Shown here piece by piece: positions 46,516 to 58,589 of a stretch of 64,000 nucleotides of DNA. The DNA comes from Vicugna vicugna (lineage: Eukaryota). The notes under the pieces are model-generated. The model ran no database searches and was not told where the DNA came from. It worked only from the letters and a program-made list of their open reading frames with translations. The translations under genes were made by a program, and so were the position numbers. Positions within the stretch are counted from its first letter, which is position 1. Every line of letters starts with the position of its first letter. Location: NCBI GenBank assembly GCA_013265495.1, contig MU060988.1, positions 668,409 to 732,408 on the forward strand. Direction: 5' to 3'.

Positions 46516-47591
46516 AGAACACTATTGGGGTGAGGGCCCCCGGGGGACCTGTCCCTCCCCAGGTGTCGCGGGAGAGCCAGGCCTGCTGTCCCGAGGCAGG
46601 AGCGGGGCCCCCTAGGGGCCACACGCGCAGCAGCGCCGGGCAGGTGTGGAGCCGCGAGGCCTGTGCGTGCGAGGAGAACGTGCCGGACGCAGCAGAAAGC
46701 CATTTACTGAAAAGCTTGTTTCACTGGCTTCACCCGTGCACATGACAGCATCGCCACATGCCCACTCCTTCCAGAGAAAAACAGGCCTTTGTGGGATATA
46801 AACAGCCCAGCCAGATGTGGGAAGGCCTGCAGGTCGCTCCCGGACTCGGGCCACGTGCCCCGCAGCTGCTCAAACGGCAGCCCCCATTCAGCGGCTCGCC
46901 AGCAGGACTTCCAGGGGCGGGAGAGGGGGAGACGGTGGTCCCTCCTCCCGCCAGACCCCCGGCAGCAGTTCATCAAAGCCATTGCCGATTCGCAGGCTCG
47001 GCAGGCCCGCCAGCGGGCACAGGACACAGCCAGAAGGGGACGATCAGGCCGGACGCACCGCACATTTCTGTACCCACAGAAAACAGGGAGGCAGAAGCCC
47101 AGATAAGGGGCCGCCCGGACAGCAGGGCGCCGGGAGGGCCTTCCGGGGCAGCAGCGCGCTCACCGAAGCGGAGGGTGGGCTCCCCGCGCGGGGAAATGCG
47201 CTCTGAGCACGGAATCCCCTTCCCCGGATGAGGCCCGGCGGCCCGTGGGACTGTCGGCAGAAATGCACAAACAACAGTGCTCAGAGCTGGCTTCAAGGCG
47301 TCCTCAAAGCCCGATTCTCCTGTCCCTCATCTGTGCCTCCCAGCCTGCGGGCTGGCGGTGACAGGAGGGTACCCAAACACAGAGGGCACCGCAGAGCGGT
47401 CCAGCCCGTGCCTTCCACAGACACATCTGCCGGGCCGCACACGGAGCCATGTGCGCGGTTTCCGGCGAGCCTACCAGTCACACTGCGAGGGAAAGCGAAC
47501 AGCTGAGGGGGGTGTTAACAGAATGTCACTTAACCCAACACGTACCCAGAGCACAACTGAGTCAACGCATGATTAACCCATCGACGTGCGT

Positions 47592-47715
47592 GGGGGAGGG
47601 TGCAGCTCGGGAAGAGCACGTGCCCAGCGTGCCTGAGGTCCCGGGTTCGGTCCCCAGCACCTCCAATAAAAATAAATACATGAACGTAATTATCTAAACC
47701 CCCCCTGAAACCACC
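47592..47715 (+). mobile_element. tRNA-Ala-derived SINE (camelid Vic-1 type), diverged
   Basis: GGGGGAGGGTGCAGCTCGGGAAGAGCACGTGCCCAGCGTGCCTGAGGTCCCGGGTTCGGTCCCCAGCACCTCCAATAAAAATAAATA. Confidence 0.8.
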
Positions 47716-48286
47716 CCCCATATAATACATAGACACGGACAGGACATCCCCAGGTCCTCACAGCCTGCCGTGTAGAAATGCCGGCCGCACATGGAGCCCT
47801 CCTCGGCCCGTGCGGTGTCAGCCGCGGCACTGGACTACGTCGGCCAGGCGTGGCCGACAGCTTGGAAGCTTCTGGTCACTATAAAGGGACCCTGCAGATG
47901 GGCGGCGGGGAGGGAGGGAGGTCCCGGATGCAGCCCTCTGCCCACCTCGGTCCTGGCTCCTCGGAGCGCCATCCTCATCAGGACAGGTGGAGCACCAGCA
48001 TCCATGGGCGGCTTCTCAGCAGAGACTGGGCGGAGCTGGGCCCGGCCCTCAGGCTCTCCGGAGTGTCACAGTGGCTTTCGGACACACCGTTCTAACGTGC
48101 CTCCTTGTCGGCGGCCTGCTGTCCCTGCCATGCAATCTGCCCCGTGGGCCTAGAGAGGACACGTTCGGGCTCATTCCGTGCAGGGATCAGCATTAGGGTA
48201 AAGCCAGTCGCGTGCCGTTTTTACATTACCGAGTTAGTTGCAGTCCCTCAGGCCGGTCTTCAGAGAATCAAGCTCAGGCCACTCAC

Positions 48287-48368
48287 CGTGAGTTGGAGCA
48301 GCGCCCGCGAGACCTGGATGCCCTTAGGGGCGATGATGGGAGGCTGTCCAGGTGACAGCCTCCCAGGG
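48287..48368 (-). other. Candidate non-coding exon D (82 nt) containing a 12-bp hairpin
   Basis: Acceptor tgtctttggtctcctgtgtgcAG at 48370-48369, donor CG|GTGAGT at 48286; no ATG. Confidence 0.4.
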
Positions 48369-48449
48369 CTGCACACAGGAGACCAAAGACACCCTCCCTG
48401 GCCTCTGACACCTGCAGAAGTAATTGGCTCCCGTTTCAGTGTCACTCAC

Positions 48450-48498
48450 GTCCACGGCTGTGCCACTCCCAGCTCTGCAAGATGCTGAATGCCACTTG
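48450..48498 (-). other. Candidate non-coding exon E (49 nt)
   Basis: Acceptor gctttatttttAG at 48500-48499, donor AC|GTGAGT at 48449; 81 nt upstream of candidate D. Confidence 0.3.
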
Positions 48499-51400
48499 CT
48501 AAAAATAAAGCATCCCTCGTGCCGACAGGCCTATCTCACACTGCGGAGCCCCTCACCTCCAGGGGCCACCCCGGTACCCAGGCAGCACGCGGCACGGCTG
48601 GTTAGGACTAAGGCCGCGGGACCGCATGCCCAGACTGCAGCAGAGCACAAGCTCGCACAGTAACTCGCTCTCTCCACTCAAGGTCTCCCTGTAAGCAAGA
48701 CCGTCGGGATTGAAGAGTTCAGGTCTAAGGGGAAGGTATCGCAGGTGAGACACAAAATCGTCCCCCAGGCAGACACCCACGTCCTGAACCCACCCTGGGA
48801 GGCCGCCGGGCCCGCCTGCTCCAGGACGCGGGGAAGCCTGTGGGCACGCGACGGCCCCACAGCGGGCACCCCAGCACCCCCGGCGGTCCCGCGTCTCGAA
48901 GCCGGGCCTCCCGGGCCACCTGGTCCTCCTCTCACGGGGGACGCGCGATCCCAGCGGGCAGCTCCTCACGGAGGCTGAGCTTGGTTCACGGCACATCCCA
49001 GGACTCACACCAGAGACGGACGGACGGACAGACGGACGGCCCGCAGCAGCAACGGAAAGACACGCCTGCTGCGCCCTCACATGAAGAACCCACCGATGTG
49101 ACAGTTCCCTGTGAGCTACTTCAAACTGGCATTTGAATCCTGAAATGAGTTGTTTCCCTCACTTCAGTGCAAGCTGCAGACGATTTTTCAATCGTCCTCA
49201 GCCTTTCCTTTTCAACCGTCTTCTGTAAGCGGACTGTTTATAACATGAAAGGTGAGGCCAGGGGGAGGTGGGTTCCAGGGCCGCGGAGTCAGGGCAGAGC
49301 CAGGAGCGCGGGGACCGAGCCCGGAGCGCCCCCGCTGAGAACAGCCGAGTCGGAACGTGAGCGTCCCACACGCTGAATGTAAAAGCCGCTCCTGGAAGCC
49401 CCCTCTGACGCCAGCACGTCTGGACAGACCGTGAAGGGAGGCCTCGTCCGGGACACGCAGCGACGCCTGCGGGTCTGAGCGGCCGTGCAAGCCCCTCCAG
49501 GTCGCAGGGTGCCCGACAGGGCTGGACCTGACCCTCCCGCCGCCCTGCTCCCCGCCGCGTCCAGAGCTGCCAGCATGGCTCCCGCTCACTTTCCTAGCTC
49601 TTCTAGAAGCTTATTCTCAGGCCCAAACAGACAGGATGGCTCCCTCCGAAGCCTCTTCTCTCCCGGCTCAATCAGAGCACGTAAACACGATGGAAACTCA
49701 AGCCGTGTCCGGGGCGGCCCCTGAGCTGCAGACCGCCCCTCCGGGGCCACAGCAGGAACCGGAGCTCCACACCCCGGTTTAGGTCTGACCGCCAGGGAGT
49801 GAGGCTGGAGGACCCGGGCCGTGAGCCCACGTAGGGGAGCGGCACCCAGGGCGGCGACGGAGGGAACGCCGGGAGGCCCTGAGCCAGCAGTCCTGCTGAC
49901 ACCGGGCGGCGGGCCCCTCTGCGGCCTGGCCCGCCCCCTCCTGCCGGGGAGCCCTGGGCCATCCCTGGGCCCGCACCCTCAGCCTGGCCCCCGCAGCCCT
50001 TCCCCTGCCCTGGCCACGCGGGGCAGCGACGCCCTCCCACGCCCGCCCTCCGCCGCGGGCGCACCAAGCAGAGGAGGCCACTGGCTGGCCACCTCTGACA
50101 GGCCCTGCTCAGGAGCCGCTTCTAAAAAGAACCACACTGTGCAGGTGGCTGTCGTCCCCTACCTGATGATTGGTGTCGTCGAACATTTCAGCAACGGGGT
50201 GCGGCTTCTTCCCAGCGCCTGCTGACGGCGGAGCCTGAGACAGAGTGAGAAGAGGGGGCGTGTTAGCAGAGCAAACGTGAGCCAGAAGCCCTCACCCTCC
50301 CTCCTACGCACGTGCGCACACACACACACATGCTCCACAGGCCCCCGGGGCTCAGTCACGGGGCGCAGCTCACCTGGCCAGGTGAGACCAGATGCAGCAT
50401 CTGAATGAACCGGGAGCAAAGAGTGTCGCCTGCACCCCGACTCCATCCAGGCCACCCCCCTTGCCCCGGGTCCCCGTGGCGCACGGACTCTGAGTGAGCG
50501 CCGGGGGTGCCGGGGGAGCGGGGCTGGGTCAGGCCTGGCCAGCCACGGGTGAGTGATGGTGACGTTACAGCAACACAGCTTCCAAGCGGGTCCCTCCGTC
50601 AGGGTCACGTGGGAGCGAACTGTTGCTGCTCAAGCTTCATGTTTCCACAATGTTTATGTTTTATGATATTACGGACGTAAAAGCCAAAACCAGGAAAAGA
50701 GGAGGGGGGGGTGGAGGAAGAGGAGAGTCAACACAAGGAAGGAAGAAGCCAAAAACGTCCCGGAACTCGTGAGGGTTCTGAACAACCTTAAAGCAGAGCA
50801 GGCCTGCGAAGCATCCCCCAGCTCCGAGGCTCAGGGCTCCTTCCTTCCTCAGGCTCCCGGCCTTGTCTTGGGGGCGCCCCGAGCCCCCACCCAGCCCCCC
50901 AGGCAGCGATCCTGCTGATGGCCAGCGGCCCCGCGCCGGCCCTCCGTCCCTGGAGCCACTCCTGCATGCAATGCGCCCTTCCCATCGTCACGGCCCAGCC
51001 CACGCACCTTCCCTGGAAGCAGGTCCCCGTGGGAGAAGGCCCGGATGGACGGCCCGGCTGCAGTTTCGGGGCCCAGGTGGCTGCAGCCCGCAGCCCGGCA
51101 GCTGCGCGGCCACCACCACAACAGACCCGCTCCCTGCAGAGCTCAGCCCGGCAGCCTTGCCTGCACTGGCCCTGCGATCGGTGGTGGACCTCCCTCTGTG
51201 ACCCCGAAAGGGCCCCCTGCACGTGAGTCGGACAAGACAGAAGCCCCCGCTCACCCGGGGCAGCGCGAGACACAGGCCCCCGAGTTCCGCTCTGTGCCTC
51301 CTCACAGATTAATCGGAGCAAAACATGTTCCCCAACTCGGGTCCAGCTCCTCCCTTCCCCCAGACCTCCCTCCTCCCACCGCCAGGCTGAGCCCCTGGGA

Positions 51401-52136
51401 CGGTCCCCCTGAGAGCAGCTGGCCTTGGGGGGCACACCCTCCGATCCACCACCCGCTCACTCCAGTCCTCCACCCGCTGCCGCACACCCGGGTCCTCGGC
51501 CTCGTCTACTCCACCCTGCAAAGGAAAACCCGTTTCCCTGGCCCCTAACGTGCTTGGTGATTTCACGGTCACACGTCTCTCCACCGCAGAAGTCCCCTCC
51601 CGGCTCCCCTATAAGAATCCCTCCTGATAGACCCTCTTCTTCCTGAGTCTGGTATCCTTTTCCGTTTGACAACTGATTGCAAACGACTTGAAGCCCAGAG
51701 CACGTGGGCCTGATGGAGAGTTGAGACCTCTGGCTTCCACCACCGTGAGGCCTCACAAGGTTCCGTACGGTCCCACCAGTTCAGGGGCAGTTCAGGCGGG
51801 CAAGAGAAACGGGGGGAGCAACGTCAAAGGAAGACCCCAGCCCTCACACACGCCCAGTGTCCCCCACACTGAGGAAAACCCAGCCCTTCCTTGGAGGCAT
51901 CAAACAGGACCCTCTGCTTAAGCCGACACCCCTCCAAAGGCGGGCAGGGCTCCGAGAGCCACCGGAAGCATGACACACAGCGTTCCAGGACCCCTGCGCC
52001 CCATGCCCCTGCAGGGAGACAAACGCCCGGCGGGAACGCTGCCTACCACCACCACCACCACACACTGGCCCTCGTGCTCCAGGGGGTCGCCCCCGAGCCG
52101 GTCAGTGCTCTCCTGAAGGCTGAAGACTCCCTTCTC

Positions 52137-52284
52137 GGGGGGAGGGCGCAGCTCAGAGGTAGAGCGCACGCTTAGCATGCACGAGGTCCTGGCTTCAATC
52201 CCCAGTGCTTCCATTAAAAGAAAAACATACTTACCTCTCCCTCTAAAAAAAAAATACAAAAAACGAACCAAAAAAAAAAAATAC
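52137..52284 (+). mobile_element. tRNA-Ala(AGC)-derived SINE (camelid Vic-1 type), best-preserved copy
   Basis: GGGGGGAGGGCGCAGCTCAGAGGTAGAGCGCACGCTTAGCATGCACGAGGTCCTGGCTTCAATCCCCAGTGCTTCCA plus an A-rich tail; degenerate TSD AAGACTCCCTTCTC / AAGACTCTCTAATC (11/14). Confidence 0.9.
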
Positions 52285-54399
52285 AAGACTCTCTAATCAT
52301 GCTGCAACCAAATGTGTGAAATGAAACGTGCCTCTCGCTGGTAGTCAGAAAAATGCAAATGAACACAAGATGTCCTTCTCCCCCCACAGAACTGACAAAG
52401 GGAAAGCGCTAAGGCTCAGCGGCGGTGGGGCGAGGTGAGCCCCCCCGCTGTCTGGCCACGCGTGACGGGGAGGAGCTGGGACGGGCACCCACACGGAGAC
52501 GGTCTCGTCCAGCGGACGCTCACCAGCGTAACACTAAGACGTTCCCAGAGACAGGATTCAACTCGTGCCGTCATAGAAAGGACCAGACCGCACCGGAGAG
52601 CGGGCCTGCGTCGCCCTGGGCACACGGCCCTGGGCAGACGCTGCAGTTCTGAGTCACACGTAGCTCCTCGGCCCACCAGGGAGGGAGCGGGAGGCACGTC
52701 GACACACGAGGAGGCCATCAAGAACAAACCCCGGAGCACGGCCTTCACCTGGGTCCCCTCCTACCCTGGGCAGAGGCACGGGGCAGAAACCACGGTGTCC
52801 ACACCCCAGAGGGAGTCCCGGGTGGGCCTGGGATCAGCGCTTCTTCAGCGACACGTGAATTAGTGGAGCAGATCTATCAGAAAGGGAGGGTGTGCTTCAG
52901 CAAATTGCTCTTCCCAGCAGCTGATTAAACTCGGACTGGGTCGGGAAGGGACACCCTCGGGCTCTGCTGGGACCACACACGCCCCACCTGGGACATCGTC
53001 TGCGTAGCCGAAGGGAAATGCGTAGAAATCGCCCAGCACCACTGGGCTTGAATCCCTGAACCTGGTTTCTCGTGAATGCAGGTGCTGGGACGTCCCACTC
53101 CCTTCCCTCCAAAACTCCGATACAGAGCCGGAATTCCTCGCAAATTAAGGTCATCCACGTATGTCATTTACGATGGGAAAACCTGCAAAGCTGGCTTCTG
53201 CAGGTGCGTGGGGACTCTGAGGAAGGGGTCCCCACTCTCCCCCCATGACAGCACTGATGTGTCCAGCAACAGGCAACCACCCGACAGGACGTGGAGACGC
53301 TGCGGACCCGTGATTCGAGAGCTGTTTCCTCCATAAGGCAGGCCTTCCTTTGTACCCCAATAGAATGCCTTAAATCTGAAGGAGAATGCACCCACGTACC
53401 AGTTGGCAGGAAACAAGAAAAGCCGATCATTCAAAACCACAGGCCAGCGACACCCTGAACTGAACGCTGCCCGCGGCCACTTCCAAAGGCACCAGCGGCC
53501 CCTCCTGAGCTGCAGATCCTGACAGCAGCCGTCCTTCCCGCGACAGTCTAGTCCTCTTGGTGGACGGGGTCCGTCTCTGCTCAGCGGGGCTACGCGGGGG
53601 ATTTCCCCAATCCAGTCTTGACCTTCTTCTTTCTGCTCAAGGTCACAGCCACCTGCCCACTGTGGTTGGTTTCGGCAGCAGGCAGAGGCCTCTCCCCACG
53701 TGCTGAGGGAGGGGGAAAAGCCAGGGTCACCAGCATGAGCGCCCCACGAGGGAGCCTGGCCTCGCTAGGGGCCAGGGTCAGCCTTCACACGGGGGAGCTG
53801 TGCTGCAGGTCTGCTGGGGACCCGGGGTGCCAGGGCGGCCTCGGCCTCCCCGGAACAGGCAGGGTCGAGTCCTGGCCGCTACACGCCGTGGCTGAGGGTC
53901 CTGCTCTCTGCTCACGCTCACGATTACTGCGCAAGCCCGCTGGCACCGGCTCCCTTCCTTACTCAGTGTGTGTCTGCCCTTGGCCCTGCGCCCGCTCCAC
54001 AGCTGTGAACATCTGGCCCGCTCCACACCACACGGGACAAGTGACAACTGACCGGTACCCGCTGACCGGCCTGGCAGGCCACACAGCACCAGCCCAGGAA
54101 GAGGATTTCTTTTCAAAGTATCACTGAAGAGCCGCCTTCTGGCACAGAAAAGACCGGGAACTCCACACATGAAGCGCCCACCCGCCCTCCGTGACCAGAT
54201 TTTCACCCACATCCCACGAAGGACAGACAGGAGGAGGCGCCGGAGGCCGCTGGGACCAGCACCACCCGGTGAGGAGGGCTGGCGGCTCAGCCAAGGGGCG
54301 CGTGGTTGTTAAAAGATTAAAACGACTGTGTGTTTAAAATGTTACTTAATAACTCACTACTCATGACGTGTTACAATACCTTCAAAGAAGAAGTCAAAG

Positions 54400-54595
54400 A
54401 ACCGCAAAATGATGCAGCGTTGGCCAAGGGAGGAGGGGGCGAGACTGCTCGGTGGCACGGGGGTCCTTCTGGGGTGATGAAAAGGCCGCAGACACAGGTG
54501 GTGGCTGCACGCACCTGTGAATGTGCTAAATGCCGCTGAGCTGCTCACTGTGCTGTGGCTAATTTTATGTGAACTTCAGCTCAATTTAAAAAATA
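54400..54595 (+). mobile_element. Old L1 (L1MB/MC-like) 3' terminus
   Basis: GGGGGTCCTTCTGGGGTGATGAAAAGG...CACCTGTGAATGTGCTAAATGCCGCTGAGCTGCTCACT...AATTTTATGTGAACTTCAGCTCAATTTAAAAAA. Confidence 0.7.
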
Positions 54596-56097
54596 CAGAA
54601 TAAAGGAATATTGAATTTCCAACCAGCACAAAACTGGCTTTTTCTGTGGCAGATCAACTGCTTGGCCACTACACAGAATTCGTCTGCCCATCTAGAGCGA
54701 GGCTGGTCTGCACGGCTGGCAGTTCTGCACAACTGAGGGCTGTACCACGACCCACGAGCCCCAGAGGCCCCCACATTCCACCCAAAGACCGCTCATTCGG
54801 AGGTCCAAAGCGGACCGAAGGGAGGGCAGAGCTGTGAGATTTGGGAGGGGAGGGGGCTTGGGACCCGGCAATGGTGCGGAGTGAGACGCAGAGTGAAGTG
54901 GTGCCCAGGTGAACCGTGCATCTCCAGAGGGAAGCGGGCGATGGCGGAAGGGCTGGGGAACGGGGAGCTAGAGGTTCGCCCCTGACAGAGAGGAAGGGAT
55001 GGGGGTCCCGGGGCACCGCTGTCCAGGGAGAGCCCGGCAGTGTCTCAGGAGTCCCTCCCAGGCTGAGGGACGCTCCCAGCACCAACGGAGCCCACACACA
55101 CAATGCTGAAGCACACGAACAAAACAGGACTCCCCCCCGACTCAAACAGGACACCATCGTGGTCCCTTAGCTCTGGGCTCACAGAGCCTTGGAAGTAAGT
55201 AACAGGGACGCCCATTCACTTTCAGAAACGCCTTTTCTTTCTGCCAAACTGGAATTCTTTCCAGGGTTCCTCGAACATCTCTAGGAACCCCTAATGTCAG
55301 AGGCGGGGGGCTGCCTCGGGCCTTCTCCTTCTTTAAAAACAAAAAACCACTGCTCTGGAAGCCACACGCGTTTACCCCAGTCTGCGCCCCCCCAAGACCC
55401 CGTCCCGCCTGCACGAGCCTGCTCTGACACGCCGATGCCAAGTGGACCATGCCTCACAGGCCAGAGCCCTGACCTCACTCCAGGGGCACACGCTTACCGG
55501 AGAGGGCACCCAGGGACTCTGAGGTTCCTTCTGCACGGAACACACGCAGTGCCATGCCGAGCGCGCACGTGCTTCTGTCCGCACGAGGCCACGCTCGGGA
55601 AATGTCTGTCTCACGGTGGGGCTGGTCAGAGGCGTGCACGGCGATGAGCGTGGAGTGATCCACACGCATGTGACCCGTCCCCGGACAGCGCACGGCAGCG
55701 TGTGCGCTCCTGACCGTTGGTGTTTTCGGGTGAGTTCTGTTTCTGAGCGAAGCCCAGGGAGGTGGCCGCCGGCCCCAGGAACTCCTCTCTGGGCTCCCAG
55801 GACGATGACACACGAGAGCCACGTCAGTTACCGGACCCTCTGCAAGGCTGCGGCTCCACGTCCACTGCCCTCCTGCTACTACGGAACGAGGTCCTCAGCC
55901 CCCGGCTCCAGAAGGCACGGCCCAGCGAGGGTTTCGTAACTCTTTTACAAACAATCAGAACAGATACTAAAATGTCACCAAACTCCTGGAAAAACCTGAA
56001 CGATTAATCTGCAGAGCTGACAGCAGAGGTGAGGACTAACAGGGGCTCCCCTTCTTAGGGGTCAGAGCTGAAAACTCCCAGGGAAAAGGAATGCGCG

Positions 56098-56180
56098 TTC
56101 TTCCACCTGGCGTCCTCCACCCACACCCCTCCACCCACACCCCGCATTCTTCCACCTGGCGTCCTCCACCCACACCCCGC
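56098..56180 (+). repeat. 32-bp tandem duplication with an internal 14-bp duplication
   Basis: TTCTTCCACCTGGCGTCCTCCACCCACACCCC at 56098 and 56147, with an extra TCCACCCACACCCC between them. Confidence 0.85.
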
Positions 56181-56985
56181 GCCTGCAGACACAGAGACAA
56201 GGACTCGGGAACTTCCGGGGGGGGGGGCGCCTCCACGCACTTTACCTCCTCCCAGCCTGGCTGTCAATCTTCTGAGACCTCAGAACTCGGTGGCTTTGTG
56301 ACCCCCCGCGGGGTGACCCCCGCCCCGCCCAAGGCACCATGCTAGCGATCGGCTCCTACAATTCAGCCCCGAAGGAGGCTAGGGCTGCGAGCGTTACAAG
56401 GATGTGGACCCAGACTCTCTCTGGAGGACGGGCTGCTTTTAATTCCCCTCCTTTCCGTACTTCCTACAGTAACGTGTGCTGCTTTTATGTTAAGGGGGGA
56501 ATCACACCTGCGAGAGTTACGATTTCTGCAAGGCCAGGACCCACCCCACATCCCCCATCCGGAAACAGCCCTCCCCACACCTGAGCTGCCCCGGCGGCCC
56601 CTCACCTGGATTCCCTGGCCGGCCACAGCCTGCGGCAGACGAGCAGCATCAGGACAGACTGGGCTGCCACAGGACCGTGGCCCAGTGACCAGTCCAGGGC
56701 GGTCGCCGCGCCGGGCCCGGCCGTCCAAAACACTCGCCGTCACTAGGAAAACTGTTTCCCACAACCGTGCCGGGGTCTGCGCAGGGCGGAGCTCCACTCT
56801 GCTTGTGACAGGTATTTCCAAACCCTTCTGCTTTTGTAAAAACCTATTTTCTTTCTCTGGCTCATCCTAAAGCCCCGTGTGACACAGGTTTTTTAATTAA
56901 ATGGAGCAAAATTAATCTTGCGTGATGAACGACTAAACAACTCTGACCCTTCCCCTCGCTTAGGAAGATGTCAAGTATCAGAGCC

Positions 56986-57800
56986 AGGATGGCCTGAACG
57001 TCAGTGTCCCCCCCAAATTCAGGTGCTAAAGCCTGCTCCCCAGCGTGAAGGTATCGGGAGGGGGGGCTTGGAGAGGTGGGCAGGGCACGAGAGTGGAGCC
57101 CTCGTGAGCGGGATTGGCGCCCTTATAAAGGAGGCCCCGGGGCGCTCCCTCGCCCCTGCTGCTGCGTGAGGACCCAGTGAGAAGTCCAGGGCCTGAACTC
57201 AGACCCTGCCTGCCCGACCCTGCGGCACGCGGATCTCAGGTGTCTAGTCCCCAGAGTGTGAGAAATAAATGTCTGGGGCCCGTAATGTTACCAAAAGTAA
57301 GTTTGTCTGCCTGCAGCACCGTGAGGCCAAAAAACTGAAACATCGGAGTTTGGAGCAGAGGAAGGTTTACCGCAGGGCCGAGCAAGGAGGACGGGGTGGC
57401 TCCCGCCCAAGAAAACCCCGAATTCCCCGAAGGGCGTCAGCAAAGCATATTTAAAGGCCAGGTGAGGGGGGCACAGGGAACGTGATCAGCTCGTGCACAG
57501 TTCTCTGATTGGCTGATGTTAGGGAACAAGGGGTCAACACTGTCAACCCCCAGGTGCCAGACAGTCTGGGGGCCACGTGCTCTCAACCACCAGGTAGTTA
57601 ATTTCTTCACTTTGGTGGTGGTTTTAAGCATCTGAAAAACTCAGGAAATGTACACGAGACACGATTACCTGGCGCTTCAGGAGGCGCTCCCGCAGAGGAC
57701 ACGGGGAGGGGCCTGACCCTGGAAGCCCCGCAGGAGCCTGCTCGGTTACAAGCCGCCCGGCCCACGGCACCGTCACAGCAGCCCACCCCCCACAGCTCTG
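56986..57800 (+). mobile_element. MLT1A-like LTR split by an ERV LTR (56986-57285 and 57751-~57800)
   Basis: GGCCTGAACGTCAGTGTCCCCCCAAATTC...GGATTGGCGCCCTTATAAAGGAGGCCCC...GTGAGAAATAAATGTCT; resumes AGCCGCCCGG...CAGCAGCCC. Confidence 0.72.
57286..57750 (-). mobile_element. ERV-class solo LTR (cetartiodactyl-type), ~465 bp
   Basis: TGTTACCAAAAG...GGAGTTTGGAGCAGAGGAAGGTTTA...TCTGATTGGCTGATG...CTCGGTTACA with TG...CA termini and a CCAAT box on the minus strand. Family name not verified. Confidence 0.65.
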
Positions 57801-58589
57801 TCCTCCCAAAAACGTCTCCTTAAGGAGTCATGATGAAGGAAGGCAACTTCTGGTGCAGAAGGACACATCGTCAGCCACCTTCCGTCCCAGCAAATACCCC
57901 CCCCACCCAGTCTCGGCTTCGGCCGCTGACGGCGACACACCCTCCAGAGGCCTCATTTCACCAGGTTTTCAAAGTGACCCAATCTGCGGCCTCGACTAGA
58001 AACAGACGAAACACGTATCAGTCAGTGCCACAGACGCACCACTCGGAACAGTCCCCTCACACGTCATAAACAAGGTGAGAGTCTCTCCCACCCTTCAGGG
58101 AGAGTCCCCCGTGTGGAACGGCTCCCCGGCGGCAAACTGACACATCTGGAGACACGTGAAGACGTGCAGGTCGCTGGGGGGCCGCCTGTTAACTTTCCAC
58201 CCCTGGGCACCAAATGTTTCCCCAGCGGCTTACAAGCCTTAATGTTCCTCCGAAAACACCGCATTTGCTACTCCCCCCGGACACCCAGGGCCCCGAGGGA
58301 ATCCAGCCCAGGGAGACGGGGCAAAGCCTTCGGCTGGGATGCTGGCCCCATTCCCAACAAAGGCTGCCTCTCAGACACCAGGTCTGACACATTCCCAGCT
58401 CCAGTGTCAGGAGAGAGAGGTGTGGCCACCGCAGACCCCGGACAGGAACGGATAAAAGGAGGGAATGCCACGGACAGCGGCGCAAGTAAACCCACAGCCC
58501 GGAGGGAATGGTCCAGCCTGCCAACCGCCACAATCCGCCACAGCGCGCCACGACGGAGCAGACGACCTGGACAACACTGAAATACAGAA

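Noticed and set aside
52137-52213. tRNA-Ala(AGC) gene
   Set aside because: Substituted A box (CAGAGG) and B box (GGCTTCAATCC), imperfect acceptor stem, SINE tail and TSD: a SINE head, not a tRNA gene.
52353-52360. Octamer ATGCAAAT
   Set aside because: The context AGAAAAATGCAAATGAACAC resembles the L1 ORF2 EMQIK motif, so it is probably a repeat fossil.
52860-53167. YVDD and YADD strings in short minus-strand ORFs, suggesting reverse transcriptase
   Set aside because: They are in different frames with no other RT motifs at the expected spacing, so likely coincidence. A translated HMM search would settle it.
55264-55290. 8-bp inverted repeat GGGTTCCT / AGGAACCC
   Set aside because: Short stem with an 11-nt loop; expected by chance or from a decayed MITE.
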